Positions 36,570 to 49,879 of a stretch of 64,000 nucleotides of DNA are shown here, in pieces. Source of the DNA: Eledone cirrhosa (lineage: Eukaryota). The notes under the pieces are model-generated. The model saw nothing but the letters and a program-made list of their open reading frames with translations, had not been told where the DNA came from and did no database searches. Positions within the stretch are counted from its first letter, which is position 1, and each line of letters starts with the position of its first letter. The stretch spans positions 256,804,001 to 256,868,000 of the forward strand of contig OZ024743.1 in assembly GCA_964016885.1 (NCBI GenBank), in the 5' to 3' direction. Made by a program: the position numbers and the translations under genes.

Positions 36570-37545
36570 GTCCTCTAGGCAATAACAGTAGAGTTTAAAT
36601 CAGGATGCCCTTGGGAACTCCTGTATGCTTATGATCTAACTCTCATGGCAAAGCTAGAGACAAAATTCCTGATCTGGAACCATAAACTGGAATCAAAAGG
36701 TCTTAGAGTCAACTTGGCAAAGACTAAATTCCTCATAAGTAGAAAGAAAAACAAGACTTTGATTCTTTTAGGGACATTATCCCACTTAGGATTTAGGAAA
36801 GGGGTGAGGGGAAATTCCATTCTTTGTCCCAAATGCAAACTAATGTTATACAAAAGATGTAGCGAGATCACAAGCAAGCCAGCAAAGAACATGGGTTTTA
36901 TATAAACTCAATGCACAGGCGCAGTAAGCACTCACAGGAAACAAGCTCTATCAAATTCTTAGAGAGTTCCATAGTAGTTGACAGCTTCTTACCTAGGTGA
37001 CCAAATTAGCAGAAGAGGTGGATGTTCTGAAAGTACAGTAGCCAGAATAAGAATAGTATGCTGACAGTTCAGGGAGTTACTACCACTGCTAGCTACAAAA
37101 TGTTTTCCCCTAAAAATGAAGGGCAGATTGTATAATGCATGTATACGAACAACAATGATGCATGGTAGTGAGACCCTGTTGCTGTTGGCAGAGGACTTAC
37201 AAAGATTTGAAAGAAATGAATCTTGCATGCTCCGATGGATCTGTAATAGTTAATCTACATGAATGGCAAAGCATAAATGAACAGAGAGAGAAACTGGGCA
37301 TAAGAGGAATCAGGTGCAGTCTGCAGGAGAGAAAATGACAGTGGTATGGGCATGTAATGCATATGAAAGATGACAGCTGTATCAAAAGGTGCAGAACACT
37401 CAAAGTTGATGGAAAGTATGGAATAAGAAGACCTAGGAAAGCTTGGGATGATGTGATAAAAGCTGACCTCACACAATTTCATCTCTCAAAGGCAATGATA
37501 TAGGATCAAGATCTCTGTCATTATGCAGTACTGCAGAAGACCCAC
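36570..37545 (+). pseudogene. RTE-clade LINE remnant (3' part of RT)
   Basis: GCPWELLYA.DL, LESKGLRVNLAKTK, NSILCPKC, LGDQIS..GGCSES, KGRLYNACIRTTMMHGSET, WYGHV, RPRKAW. Confidence 0.8.
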
Positions 37546-37974
37546 CTTTCCATGTGCAAAGGATGAAGCAGGCATCTAGTGGTTTTAAGTATGCACCACT
37601 TCTTTCTTCCTTTTCCATACTCCTCTCATGTCTTAACATTCCACCCTACAGCTATGTCTTAAAATTCAACTCTTCACGAGCTAAGTATCCCATCCTAGAT
37701 TTATATCTCCAAGCCCCATCCTACATACATGCACCCCCCCCCCACATCTGAGGTACCCCTCTTGAACAACTCATGTATACAAGCATGGAAAGCTGAACAC
37801 ACTCTCCCACAATGCTCTTAAAATGGCAAAGAGCCCTCTGTACACCCTGTAAGGTGGCCATGCTTGTGACACAACAAAAGCCCATAGTCCAGCATGTAAG
37901 GTGCTCATATCAGTGCCATGACAAAAGAGTACTTACCCCTCCCCCCTTAGTGCTGGTGACATAAGTTTTATTTA

Positions 37975-38720
37975 TCAACACCAAATTGGGAAACTACATA
38001 TCACAGTCTTATTCCTCAATCCCCAAACCAGGACACTACATATTGCAGTTTTATTGAACACCCAAACTGGAACACTGCACATCATAGTCAAATTCAAATA
38101 ATTTATTTACATTAACATTAACATTAATTGTTTCTACTTTTGGCACAAGGCCAGCAATTAACCAGTACATTACTGGTACTTTATTTTATCGACCTCGTAA
38201 GGATGAAAGGCAAAGCTAACCTCGGCGGGATTTTCACTCAGACCGCAAAGGGACGTAACTATGCTGGGAAGCATGGCGTCCGACCCTCTACCGATACTGC
38301 CAATCCACATAGAACAGATATATGAAGCATAGTAAAAATAGTTATGAGCTGACACTTGAAAAGTATTCTAGTATTAGGGACACTACACATCACAATCTCA
38401 TTCAGCAATGCCAAAATTGGGACACTTTACAAAACAGTCTCATTTGACAATGCCAAAATTGAGGCATTTCACAAGCTATCCCATTCAGCAATGCCAAAAT
38501 TAGGATACTTCCAATCTGTCCCCTTCAACAATACCAAACGTGGGACGTTATAGAAGTTGTCCCATTCGACAATGCCTAATTTGGTACACTATACAAACAA
38601 TTCCATTCAACAATGCCTGCCAAAATTGAGACACTATACAACACACTCTTTCAAGAATGCTAAAATTGGGATACTACACAAGTTTTACCATTTAATAATG
38701 CCAAAATTATGACACTTGAA
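37975..38720. repeat. Degenerate ~40-42-bp minisatellite (about 11 units) interrupted by a SINE
   Basis: Recurrent attc..caatgccaaaattgggacact.. units at 38400-38720 and looser units at 37975-38090. Confidence 0.75.
38128..38308 (-). mobile_element. tRNA-derived SINE (octopus-type)
   Basis: Closely matches 45434-45615. Confidence 0.85.
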
Positions 38721-39359
38721 ATCACAAGCAGAAAAAGATTTGTGTATTTGTAACACACCATACTTGTAATTCTGAATACAGAACATTTTATATAAATGGC
38801 AAGGATTTGACACTCACTTTGATGACATTTCATTGAGACAATAGATTCCTGCACTTTCTGATGAGTGCTACACCTACAGAAAGGTCAGATAAAGACTCTA
38901 CTTGCCTCTTCTCTCATCATTATATCTGCAAATTCTTTTCATTTCTTTTTCTAATTCTTCCTCCTTCGTTTGAATCTTAGCCAGCTTCTTGCCTCAATGT
39001 TTAATTTGGAAACGGAATTACTGCTGTTTGTACAGGAAATGGATTCTCTAGCAATACAAATGGTGATATATTGTTGCTGTAATAATTGATTTTAATGTGT
39101 TTAGCATTAGTTTGAAGCACTCTGCAGCTGCTGCTGTTACGTGTGTATATCATTCATAAATGTTTATCATTCATAAGTCTAATATCATTCACCTGTTTGT
39201 TTCATTCATAAATGTACATCATTCATCAGTGTGTGTCAATTATTAGTGTGCATTATTCATCAATTACTATTATTCATAAATCTGTTTTATGTTGTGTCAC
39301 AGCAACAACATAGAAGTGCAGAGAAATGACTGAACCAGAGATAACAAAAAAAAATGTGG

Positions 39360-39875
39360 TTCTATTCAGAGGCATATTTTGAATATTTAAGCGACTGCCA
39401 CGCTGTTCCTGAACAAAAAAATCCAAAATGTAAAGCCACTTTAAGACGTGAATTAATCAGATCTAGTAGGTTGATTAATAGGGGAGCTAGGGCCGAAAAA
39501 GTGGAAATTTGATTATAAAAGTGGTATTTCTGAATATTTAAGCGGCTGCCACGCCGTCCCTGAACAACAAATGCAAAATATAAAGCCATTACAGGATGAG
39601 CAATGATAAATTCTATTTTGCTTTAATATTTGAACGAAATCGGTGGCAAAATGTGGGAGCTAGCGCCAAAAATCTTATTTTTCGATACCTAAAAAAGGTG
39701 ATTTTTATCTGCAGAATGATCCCGGAATAAAAAAAAACGATACGCTGCTATATAGAAAACACTCCACGATGACTAATCTATGAGCCTGTAAAGTTTCATG
39801 AAAATCGGTCGTAAGATGTAGGCCCCTATAGGTAATACACAGACACACACACTTTATACAGATAATATGATAACT
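39360..39875 (+). mobile_element. Possible non-autonomous Helitron/Helentron-type element
   Basis: Internal ~60-bp direct repeat (39378-39438 / 39529-39588); aaagtttcatgaaaatcgg motif followed by cagacacacac near the end; family assignment is recalled similarity only. Confidence 0.35.
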
Positions 39876-40350
39876 ATAGTCATAGAAACTAGGGGATACA
39901 AAATGTTTTTTTAAAAACAAACTAGTATAAAGTATAAATATTATTCCTCTTGTTTCTATTATTATAATTATTTTATTATCATTAATATTATGATTACATT
40001 TTGCCTATTTCTGTGTTTGAAGAAAAATGTTTGTGTTGAAACAATTGTAAGGATTAAATGATTTAAGAACTGCTTTCCTTTATCTTAATTTGTTATATGT
40101 TTGTAGTTACTTCTTGTTTTGTTTTGTGTTTCCTTTTGGTTAAACATCCATGGTTTTCATCTATGAATAGCTCTGTATTTTTATTGATTCACTGATGGTG
40201 AATAGTCCTGTCTTATAAAGTATCCAAAACTATAATGATACCCATAAAGACAACCAATGAGCAGGAATTCTTCATGTACTTGTCACTTCAACGTTTTCTG
40301 TTTCCTATATTTCTCCCACGTGTTTTTTAATTATATATATATATATATTT

Positions 40351-40465
<115 letters not shown>

Positions 40466-41060
40466 GGGAAGAAGACGCACGAGGTGGCGGAAGGTCATGA
40501 AATCGCTCCCGTAAGTTTTGAATTTTTAACATATTTAAATCATTTATGAAATAACAACTCTTAGTACAAATGCTACGTAAAGCATCCGGCTTGAGCCCCC
40601 AAAAATTCGGACCCAAAATATATTGTTATAAGGCTCAAATATTCAAATATTCAACTTTGTATTGTACATTGTATATTCAAAAAAGAAAATGGCTATAAAT
40701 GGAAAAAGAACCTCCTCTGTCTACGCTATATAGAACAGCCAAACAACACCAATCTCACCAACACCAGAAACTAGATACAACACCTACCCCATCACCTCTC
40801 TGTGTACACTAAACACAACAGCCAGATAACGGCAATTTCACCACCACCACTCACTACTGCCGTCATTACCACCACTATCCCATCACCGCCGCCACCACTC
40901 CTTCATTGCTACCACCGCCACAACACCATCACTACAGTAATACGATCACATCACTACAGTAATACGATCACATCACCACCACCACTGCCTCAGTATCGAC
41001 ATCACCACCACCACTGTCTCAGTATCGATACCGCCGCTACTGTCTCCCACATCTCCCCGC
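40466..41060 (+). promoter_or_regulatory. ~600-bp 5' module repeated ahead of each full-length R4/Dong-like element (candidate internal promoter)
   Basis: Starts gggaagaagacgcacgagg right after the microsatellite; homologous to 51859-52750 and 57271-57840; contains ggcTATAAATgg and a CCA-rich tract. Confidence 0.55.
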
Positions 41061-41330
41061 CGCCACCACTCATTCAATGCTACCACCACTATTCCCCTGT
41101 TAACTTGAGAGAGAAAGGGGAAGGTGGCGGTATCACTAGACAAGGGAGAGGCTAGCAAAAGATATAAATAGATTGACTTAGTGACCTGGCCACGGCCAAA
41201 CGTCAACATCAACAACTATGGGACTGCTGGCTCACCCCTTCCTCACCAACAATATAAAAAGCCCCGGCACCACCACCGACATAGCCAACAACAATAACAG
41301 CCAACTACAACAAAAAGTATATTATATTAT

Positions 41331-41385
41331 TGTAATGCACTGGGTGATTGCTGGCCTTGTGCCTGGAGTGGAGACAATTATTAAT
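41331..41385 (+). mobile_element. SINE 3'-end fragment
   Basis: gtaatgcactgggtgattgctggccttgtgcct...gacaattatt matches the tail of the SINE at 45434-45480, in the opposite orientation. Confidence 0.75.
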
Positions 41386-41628
41386 AATTTCATTCTTGAG
41401 CCACGCAATGCTCACATTAAGGAACCACTCATGATAATAACAATTTAAAAAAAACAACAAAAAGAAAACCCCGTGACCAAGAAATACCGGGATGGCGGCC
41501 GGCGGGGAATAGCCGTGTCTCTAGGGGAGAACGACCCCTCTTGTCTTGGTTGACACTCGTTCTAGAAGTGGTAACACGAAATGATTACCCCTTGGCGGAT
41601 AAGGATAAAACGCGACAAAATAAAGTAA

Positions 41629-44600
41629 ATGTCTAATGATAAAATCTCATACCGGATCGGCCGTCACCCGGGTAAAAAAGGGCCGCGTCCCTCAGAGAGG
41701 AACCAGACTGGGGTCGAAAAATCAGCTAATGGTTCAAACCTTCCCATCACTTCGGAGCTGGAGACCTCCCATAACCGGAATACTCCTACTGTTGGCCCTC
41801 CATGCTCACCACCAAGAAATCCAAAGAAAAAGAGAGAAAAATGGTCAAGGGAAGATAATAAAGAAGTCCTTGAGGCTTTCTACACTGCCATGTACTACCC
41901 ATCAAATACATCGAATACAGAACAGACATATATCAACTGGAAAAAGAAACATCCCGAAAACAGAGGCTATATTGACAGTAACAAACTAGCCAATATACGA
42001 AGAAATATTGTAAGAAAAAAGTTACTAACTGATATAGAAATTGATCAGATCAAGCTATTAGCACAAAGTCAGCGAAGGGAAAATGAAACATGTGTCAGTG
42101 AAAACGAGGTAAACTGTAACACTTCGAATCCCAGGGTTGGGGCGGAATCACTGGCAACAGAACAAATTAAAGAAAGGAGCGAAAAAGTGGAGGGAGTGCA
42201 TGCTCAGGATGAAACTCCAAATGAAAATAATGAGATCGTAAATGATAAAGAAATGAATGAGAATGAACTTGCCAACTTGAAGGATGAAATTATGATCGAA
42301 TGGATGAAAATGAAAGAATCTGACATGGGGCAACGAGACACCCTCCCTAAGATCCAGAACTCCAAACAGAACCAAAAGATAATACACAAGACTAACATAA
42401 TTCTCAAAAACATTATCATCACAAACAAACTAAACATTACTGATTTAAATCATCTCTATTATGCATCGGCTAAAGTCACCACTCACTTATGTGGAGTGAA
42501 GATGAAAAAACAAAGGAATTCCCACAAGAAATCTACTTGGCAAGAGAACATCAATCGCCAAATAAACCTTCTCCGATCTGACATAGAAATTTTAACAAAC
42601 TATAAAGTAGGTGAAAATGTTAAACAAACTAAACTTAGAAAATTGAAAAAAAAGTACAGTATAAAATCAACATGTGACATAGACATGCTGATAGAAATAA
42701 TCAAGCAAAAAGTGTCGGCCAAAGCTGCTCGTATAAGGCGCTTTGAAAAACGATCTAGATTCTATAAGGACAATAATATGTTCAAAAACAACCAAAGTAA
42801 CTTCTACAGAAAAATTGGTAAGTCAACAATAACTGCTAAATCAATACCACCCAAGGAGGAAGTGCAAGAATTCTGGGAAAAGATCTGGGCCGAAGAAAAA
42901 GTTCATAACATACATGCCCCATGGATAGACAGACAAATGAAAGATACAGCTCACCTTGAGGAACAAACATGGGAAAATATAACAGTTGAACAGTTGCGCT
43001 TGGCTCTAAGAAAAACCAGCAAATGGAAATCCCAAGGAAAAGACAAAATACAAAACTTTTGGATAAATGCCTTCACAGAGTCTCATGAGCTGTTAGCCCA
43101 ACTTTACAATGAAATAGTTAAGGAGCCAGAAAAGATACCTTCATGGCTAGTTAACGGCATTACATTCCTGCTTCCGAAGAATGATGAGACAAACAATCCC
43201 AAAAATTACAGACCGATAACTTGCTTGACCACAATGTATAAAATTTTAACATCAGTCCTAACTGAATACACATATGACCACCTGATAACAAATGACCTAT
43301 TTCCCATTGAGCAGAAAGGGTGTAAACGAGGCTCATATGGCTGTAAGGATCAGCTTCTGGTTAACAAAATGATACTGGAAGATTGTCATAATAGGCACAA
43401 AAATCTATCGATTGCTTGGATAGATTATAAAAAAAGCATTTGATAGTTTGCCACACAGTTGGATTGAAAAATGTTTAGAGATTTTCAAAGTATCCCCCGT
43501 TGTCAGGAGGTTTTTGTCATTTAGTATGAAGACATGGAAAACGACACTCCTTTTGAATAGTGAAACAAAATCACTGGAAGCTGGAGAAGTTAATATTAAT
43601 TGTGGAATTTTTCAGGGTGACTCTTTATCACCGCTTTTATTCTGCATCGCACTTATACCATTAAGTAAAATGCTCAATGAAACAAAACATGGATATAAAG
43701 TCTATGACAAAACCATTAATCACCTGTTCTACATGGATGACCTGAAACTATTTGCAAAAAATGATGAACAATTGCAAGGGCTATTATCCACTGTGAAGCA
43801 GTTCAGTGATGACATTAAAATGGAGTTTGGACTAGATAAATGCGCCAAAGCAACGTTCACCAGAGGAAAGCTGCTGAAGATTTCAGACATTAATCTTGAT
43901 CGGGGGAATGTGATAAGAGAACTTGATCAAGAAAAAACTTACAAATATCTAGGTCTTTGTGAAGGAGACGGAATCAAACACTCGACAATGAGGGAAAGGA
44001 TAAGGAAGGAATGTTACCGCAGAGTAAGAGCAATCTTAAGAACGGAATTGAATGCAAGGAATAGGATCGATGCCATAAACACGCTTGCCATACCAGTAGT
44101 AACCTACAGTTACAATGTCATCAAATGGTCAAGCACAGAGATCCGTAGGCTCGATACAAAAATTCGAAAATTCTTAACAATGCACAGAATGCATCACCCT
44201 AAGGCAGATATAGATAGAATATATCTCCCTAGGAAAGAAGGAGGACGTGGGTTAATCCAGTTAGACATTGCGTTGAAAACTGCAACAATTGGATTATCTA
44301 CATATCTAAGGGAATCACATGATTGGATGATCAAACTCGTTTTGAAACACGAAAGCATCAAAAGATCATATTCCATTACAAAAGATGCACAAAGATACAG
44401 TAATGGACTACACATTTCAGAAGTCCCATTTACTGCTGAAATGGAAAACACAGAAAAAGCAAAGCAGGTAAAAGTAACTGCAAAGAAAGAACTGCTACAG
44501 AAACTGGCTAAGAAATGGCAAGAAAAGCCTCTGTATGGAAAATACCCAGAGCGAGCTAACAATCCTGATGTTGACAAAACTTTAACCCATCAGTGGTTGG

Positions 44601-45280
44601 CATCCTCTGGACTGAAATTGGAGACTGAAGGACTGATTATATCGGCACAAGATCAGTGTCTGCCAACAAAAAATTACCAAGCCAACATAATAAAAAATGG
44701 GTGCAGCCCATTATGCCGTGTATGCAAAAAACAACCAGAGACCATTGACCATATAATTTCAATGTGCAGTCCTATAGCTCCAACCGAATACCTAAACAGG
44801 CATGACAGAGCTGCACAATACATACATTGGATAATGTGTAAGCATTTTGACCTGCCCCATCAAAAGAATTGGTGGGAGCATCAACCACCTCCCATACTTG
44901 AAAAAGATCACATCTCAATCTTGTGGAACTTTAGCATCCAAACAGACCGAAAAATAGATGCAAACAGACCTGATATAATATTGAAAGACTTTCAAAAGAG
45001 GGTATGCCTGCCAATTGATATGTCTGTTCCAATAGACAAGAATGTATCTATAAAAACATTTGAAAAATTGAGCAAGTATAAGGACCTGGAGATAGAAATT
45101 GGAAAAATGTGGAAATTGAGAACTAAAACAATACCAGTGGTTGTAGGCGCTCTGGGAATGATACCTAAGGGGTCTAATGATTACATATCGCAAATCCCAG
45201 GAAACCCGCGTATAGGAGAAATACAAAAGATAGTACTAATGGGAACTGCCCATATACTAAGGAAGATTCTGTCAATATAA
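41629..45280 (+). pseudogene. R4/Dong-like non-LTR retrotransposon family A ORF (Myb-like, RT, CCHC, RLE) with a single 1-nt insertion frameshift
   Basis: KWSREDN Myb-like N-terminus, NYRPITCL, WIDYKK/AFDS split by one extra A at ~43429-43435, GIFQGDSLSP, YMDD, CRVC...H...C, RHD, NRPDI...D...K. Confidence 0.9.
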
Positions 45281-45433
45281 GTACATCACAAGTCTAAACA
45301 CTAAAGATGCATGGGTGTATGTTCTTTCTTGAACATGGCGGACCTTGTTGTCTCTTGAGGTCACTGGTTGTGACTTGGTGATAACTCGTATGAACATAAA
45401 GCAAGATAAATGCAACTGTAATAATAATAATAA

Positions 45434-45621
45434 TTGTTTCTACTTTAGGCACAAGGCCAGCAATTACCCAGTGCATTACTGGTACTTAATTTTATCGACC
45501 CCGTAAGGATGAAAGGCAAAGTCAACCTCAGCGGGATTTGAACTCAGATCGTAAAGGGACGTAACTATGCTGGAAAGCATGGCGTCCGACCCTCTACCGA
45601 TACTGCCAATCCACCACCGCT
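45434..45621 (-). mobile_element. Full-length tRNA-derived SINE (octopus-type) inserted in the (AAT)n tail
   Basis: Minus strand: A box TGGCAGTATCGG, B box GAGTTCAAATC, body gactttgcctttcatcc..ggggtcgataaa..aagtaccagt, (ATT)n tail. Confidence 0.88.
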
Positions 45622-45635
45622 TAATAATAATAATA

Positions 45636-45960
45636 AAACAATACCAGTGTTTGTAGGCGCTCTGGGAATGATACCTAAGGGGTCTAATGATTACTTATCG
45701 CAAATCCCAGGAAACCCGCGTATAGGAGAAATACAAAAGATAGTACTAATGGGAACTGCCCATATACTAAGGAAGATTCTGTCAATATAAGTACATCACA
45801 AGTCTAAACACTAAAGATGCATGTGTGAGTATGTATGTTCTTTCTTGAACATGGCGGACCTTGTTGTCTCTTGAGGTCACTGGTTGTGACTTGGTGATAA
45901 CTGGTATGAACATAAAGCAAGATAAATGCAACTGTAATAATAATAATAATAATAATAAAT
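45636..45960 (+). mobile_element. 5'-truncated copy of Dong-like family A
   Basis: Near-identical to 45126-45420, with an (AAT)n tail. Confidence 0.92.
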
Positions 45961-46089
45961 AATGTTTTCTTTATTAACCACAAGGGTTTACATAAAGTAG
46001 ACATTAAGGACAGTACAAGACGGTACAAATGGGCATTTCTGCGTGTAAAAAAACAGAGGATGTAATAAAATAACAAAGAAAAAATTCCC

Positions 46090-49000
46090 CAATAGGGGGG
46101 AGACTTCCGAGGGACATTGGTGGAGAAAGCCTATTAAAAAGCCACAGTGACCCTGACCACCGGGGCAAGTGCCCTCTCCCAGTTTTCCACCTTTAATTTA
46201 CAGACACATACTCAGAGTAGGCCCATTAACTCGGGCCATTCTTGCCTCTCTCACCCATCTTTCAACAAAATGCATGGAAGAGGGCACTTCCCTTTCTACC
46301 CTGATTTTCCTTTTCAAATGAAATTTGAAAAAGTTAATCAGGGCATCACCGAAGAGGTAAGTGCTCGTCTTCAGCCCTTTCAAACGTGTCTACCATACTA
46401 TCTCTTTCGCCATGGCCACCAGACAGATAAAAACTGCTTGCCCTTCCCGGCTAAAGGAAGAGGACGGAGCAATCCTCACGATAGACTCAGCTGATAGCTG
46501 GATCCGTCCCACACGCGACAGCAGGTGTTCGACATAAACCCACAAGTCAGCAATGCTCGGACACTGGACGAGTGCGTGCAGGACGGTGTCGTCGCCCTGC
46601 GCGCATCTCGGGCATGCCCGGCTGACGGCACTTCCATGCCTGTAGAGTTTATCCTGAACTGGCAAAGCTCCTCTGTAGCACTGCCAGGCCAGGGATTTCT
46701 GGAAGTTGTCCATAGGCTCCGACCCGAAAGTTCTTCCGAAGAGATTGGCTAGTTGATTTTCGTCGACGCCTAGATTTTCCCCAAGTACGTCGTCGCTCTT
46801 CCCCTCCACTAATCCTCTATAGAACGCCAAGGTGGAGTTTCCACCGATCACATTACCCGATTGGTCGAGGGCTGTGAGCGCCTGAAGACATTCCAGTCTC
46901 CAAGCGCTCCCTCTCGGTCTTCACTTGACCCAGGACTGCAGCTCCGTAAAGGAGACGAGCTGGGGAAAGACGCGTCTAGCAAACGGAGACCACACCTGAT
47001 CACCGTCGAGGAAGAGGTGGAGATGTCGTAGCCTGAGCGCGTGTCTGCGCATCATCAGCCACGGCATTCCCAGCCCTCCACGTAGCGGGTGTTGACAGCA
47101 GATGGACCGCCTGACCATCGGAGCGCGTCCCTTCCACAAAAAGCGAAAGAGCAAACGCTCCAGCGCAGTCAGGCGGGGCTTAGGACAAGGTACGACGGTC
47201 AGGCGGTAGTAGATGACGGACGCGATATACGCGTTAGCCACTTCCGCTCGACCTTTCAGGGATAGCTTCTTCTCGGCCCATTTCTGGGTGAGAGAAGCCA
47301 CCCTGCTCGTCACCTCGACCCAGTTTTTGTCCGTCTGGAGATCCGGACCGAACCAGACCCCGAACAATTTAACTGGTCTGTCCGTCCAGCGCCCGACGAC
47401 GCTGTTGGACGGCATGGACCTGCCTCTCCAGGTGCCGATCTGCAGGCCCACTGACTTTCTTGGTTGATCATTGCTCCTGTCACCGCCTCGTATTATCGTA
47501 GTGTAGTGCCGATCGCCTCGATATGTTTGGCGTTCGACACCACTACGGTGACATCGTCCGCATATGCTGACACGGATCTTCCGCATCCTAGTTCGCGCGG
47601 TGCCCCCCTCAACGTCTCCAGTTTGTGCAGTAATGGCTCGAGAGTCAATACGTACAAGAGGGACGAGAGGGGACATCCTTGGCGGACCGAGCGCTAGATG
47701 TTGAACGGTTCCGAAAGGTGACCGTTCACTCTCACCACAGAGCAGATGTCGCTGTGCATGGCAGCGATCCAGCCTCTGAAGACGGGTTCAAAGCCAGCCG
47801 CCCTCAGGACTGCCGCTAGGTAACGATGGTCGACCCTATCGAAAGCTTTCGACTGATCTAAATTGATCAAGGACCCACCCGGGCCAGGTTCCCTAGCTAC
47901 CCTCTCTACGATGTATCGCATGAGGTGGAGGTTGTCGTGGATGGATCTGTCGGGAATGGCGCATGTCTGCGCCTCTCCCACCAGACCACCAACGACAAGC
48001 GCCAACCTCTTTGCTAGCACCTTGGCCAAAATCTTGAACTCTGTGTTTAGCAGAATTATGGGCCTAAAATTATCTATGTTATCCCCCTTGTTCGGATCCT
48101 TTCTCAGCAGCGCACACAGCTCCTCGGCTCACAGAGCTGGGAATTCTCCCTTTTGTTGCCAGTTGCAGTAGACGTCCGCCAAGAGACCTCCGAACAAGTC
48201 TGGCATCTGTACGTAAAGTTCATAGGGCAGACCATGCAAACCAGGCGATTTACCCCTTGTGCAGCTAGTCATTGCCTCCCGTACTTCAGCGGCTGTTATC
48301 GGCTTTTCGCAACACTCCGCCTCAGTCGCCGAGAGCCGCGGCAGTCCGTCGAGGTAGACACTAAAGTTCATCCCTCGATCCGGCCCGCCGCTGCCCCCGA
48401 ACAACTAAGCGAAGTGTCGCTGAAAAGCTTTACACATTTGCCCGGGATCGAGTAGCATGCGCCCGTCGTGGTCCCCCAAAGACCGGCTCGTCGCTTTGTT
48501 GCCACGAAGCGCCTCCGCCACTTAGGCCCATTGAACGGCTTTCGTCCCCTCGTGTCTGAGAGCACGCACCCTAGCTCTGACAACGCAGCCTTGAAGAATT
48601 GGTCAAGGGCCAATTTCGCCGCAATTACGTCGGTCGCGATGCCTTTGCTAAACGCCTCGTCTAATTTTCTATCTAATACTCCCTCTGCTCTATTTTTCTC
48701 TATTGCTAAGGCCTTACTAAACCTAAAGGACTCTATTCTAATTGCTCTTTTCAGAGCAAACCACCACTTGTTGTTGACGATGGCTCCCGTCAACGCCCGC
48801 TCAACTAGTTCGCTAATCCGGTCTCTGTAGGCCTTGCGCGCTGGTAAGGACGCGTTTAGCTTCCAGTAGCCGGGTCCTCGTCTATGAAGCCTATCTAAGT
48901 CAAGTACACAGATCACGAATTTGTGGTCCGTGTAGCTGACTATCTTGAATTGTGGACAGCCTATGTTATACCTATCTATTTCGCTACAAAATACTCTATC

Positions 49001-49594
49001 TAGATATGATCTGGATGACCCTATGCGATTTGTTCAAGTCCACATTGGCACATTCGGGAAATCTAATCGGTACCTGTCAGACAGTTCAAAACGCCTGAGC
49101 AGGTTGGTGAGGCTCTTGCACCCTCCTCCCCTATCCGCTAATCTCACACAGTCCCGGCGTGCATCTAAGATCCCGTTCCAGTCGCCCACTAACACTAAAG
49201 AGCGGGACGTTCCAAGAAAGGTCTCCAGGCGCCGGAAGAAATCAGGCCGCCCTGCTCCTGTCGGGGCATAGACGGCCACTAGCCTGAAAGCTTGCCCGTC
49301 TCCGCTGGTTACGTCTAGCACCACCAACTTACCTTCTGGGTCCAGGAAGATGGCCCGTATGGCGAGATCAAAACCTCTCCGAAAAAGCACAGCAACTCCA
49401 CCCCCCGATCCCGGACGGCTGGGAGATGCGTAGCCACCGAAGATCGGTGCGAGGGCCCGTGCTTCGGAGATTCTGGTCTCGCTGATGGCCACTATATCTA
49501 TGTTTAGTGACCTGAGGTCGTTGAGCAGGTGGCCCTGCTTCCATGACGACCCCAAGCCACGCGCATTTATGCTGCCTATTCTGAGTGAGGTCAT
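46090..49594 (-). pseudogene. L1/Tx1 ORF2 (APE endonuclease, RT, C-terminal CCHC), frameshifted
   Basis: IGSINARGL, ISETRI, VYAP, GDWN, TDHK, YWKLN, KSPGLHGLPYELY, LDQSKAFDRVDH, QGCPLSP, YADD, CPRC...H...C. Confidence 0.9.
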
Positions 49595-49879
49595 GTTGAA
49601 ATGGAGTGGAAAAGATCGAAAAGACCACTTACCTTACTTCTCGTAGAGGAAGGATGGTTTGTCCATCCTTTTCACTGCTTGTGGCCTCCTCCTGAAGGAA
49701 GTCCTTATAAATCCTCCTGGAGAGTATTTGTCGGAAGTCTCCGATGTCTTTGGGGAATTTTTGTTTTAGTGTCGTATACGTTTTCTGTGTGATGCGAGTG
49801 ATTTGTATGTGTGGAGGTGGTGTGAACTTTTGGGTTGTTGTGTAGTCTTTTTCTGTGATGCTGGTGTTGTGTTGCATGT

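Noticed and set aside
38400-38720. Regular repeat resembling a CRISPR array
   Set aside because: Eukaryotic context, degenerate repeats, inter-core segments that are short and related to each other, and no cas genes
38855-38895. CTGATGA...GAAA motif
   Set aside because: Stems I, II and III cannot be formed; chance match
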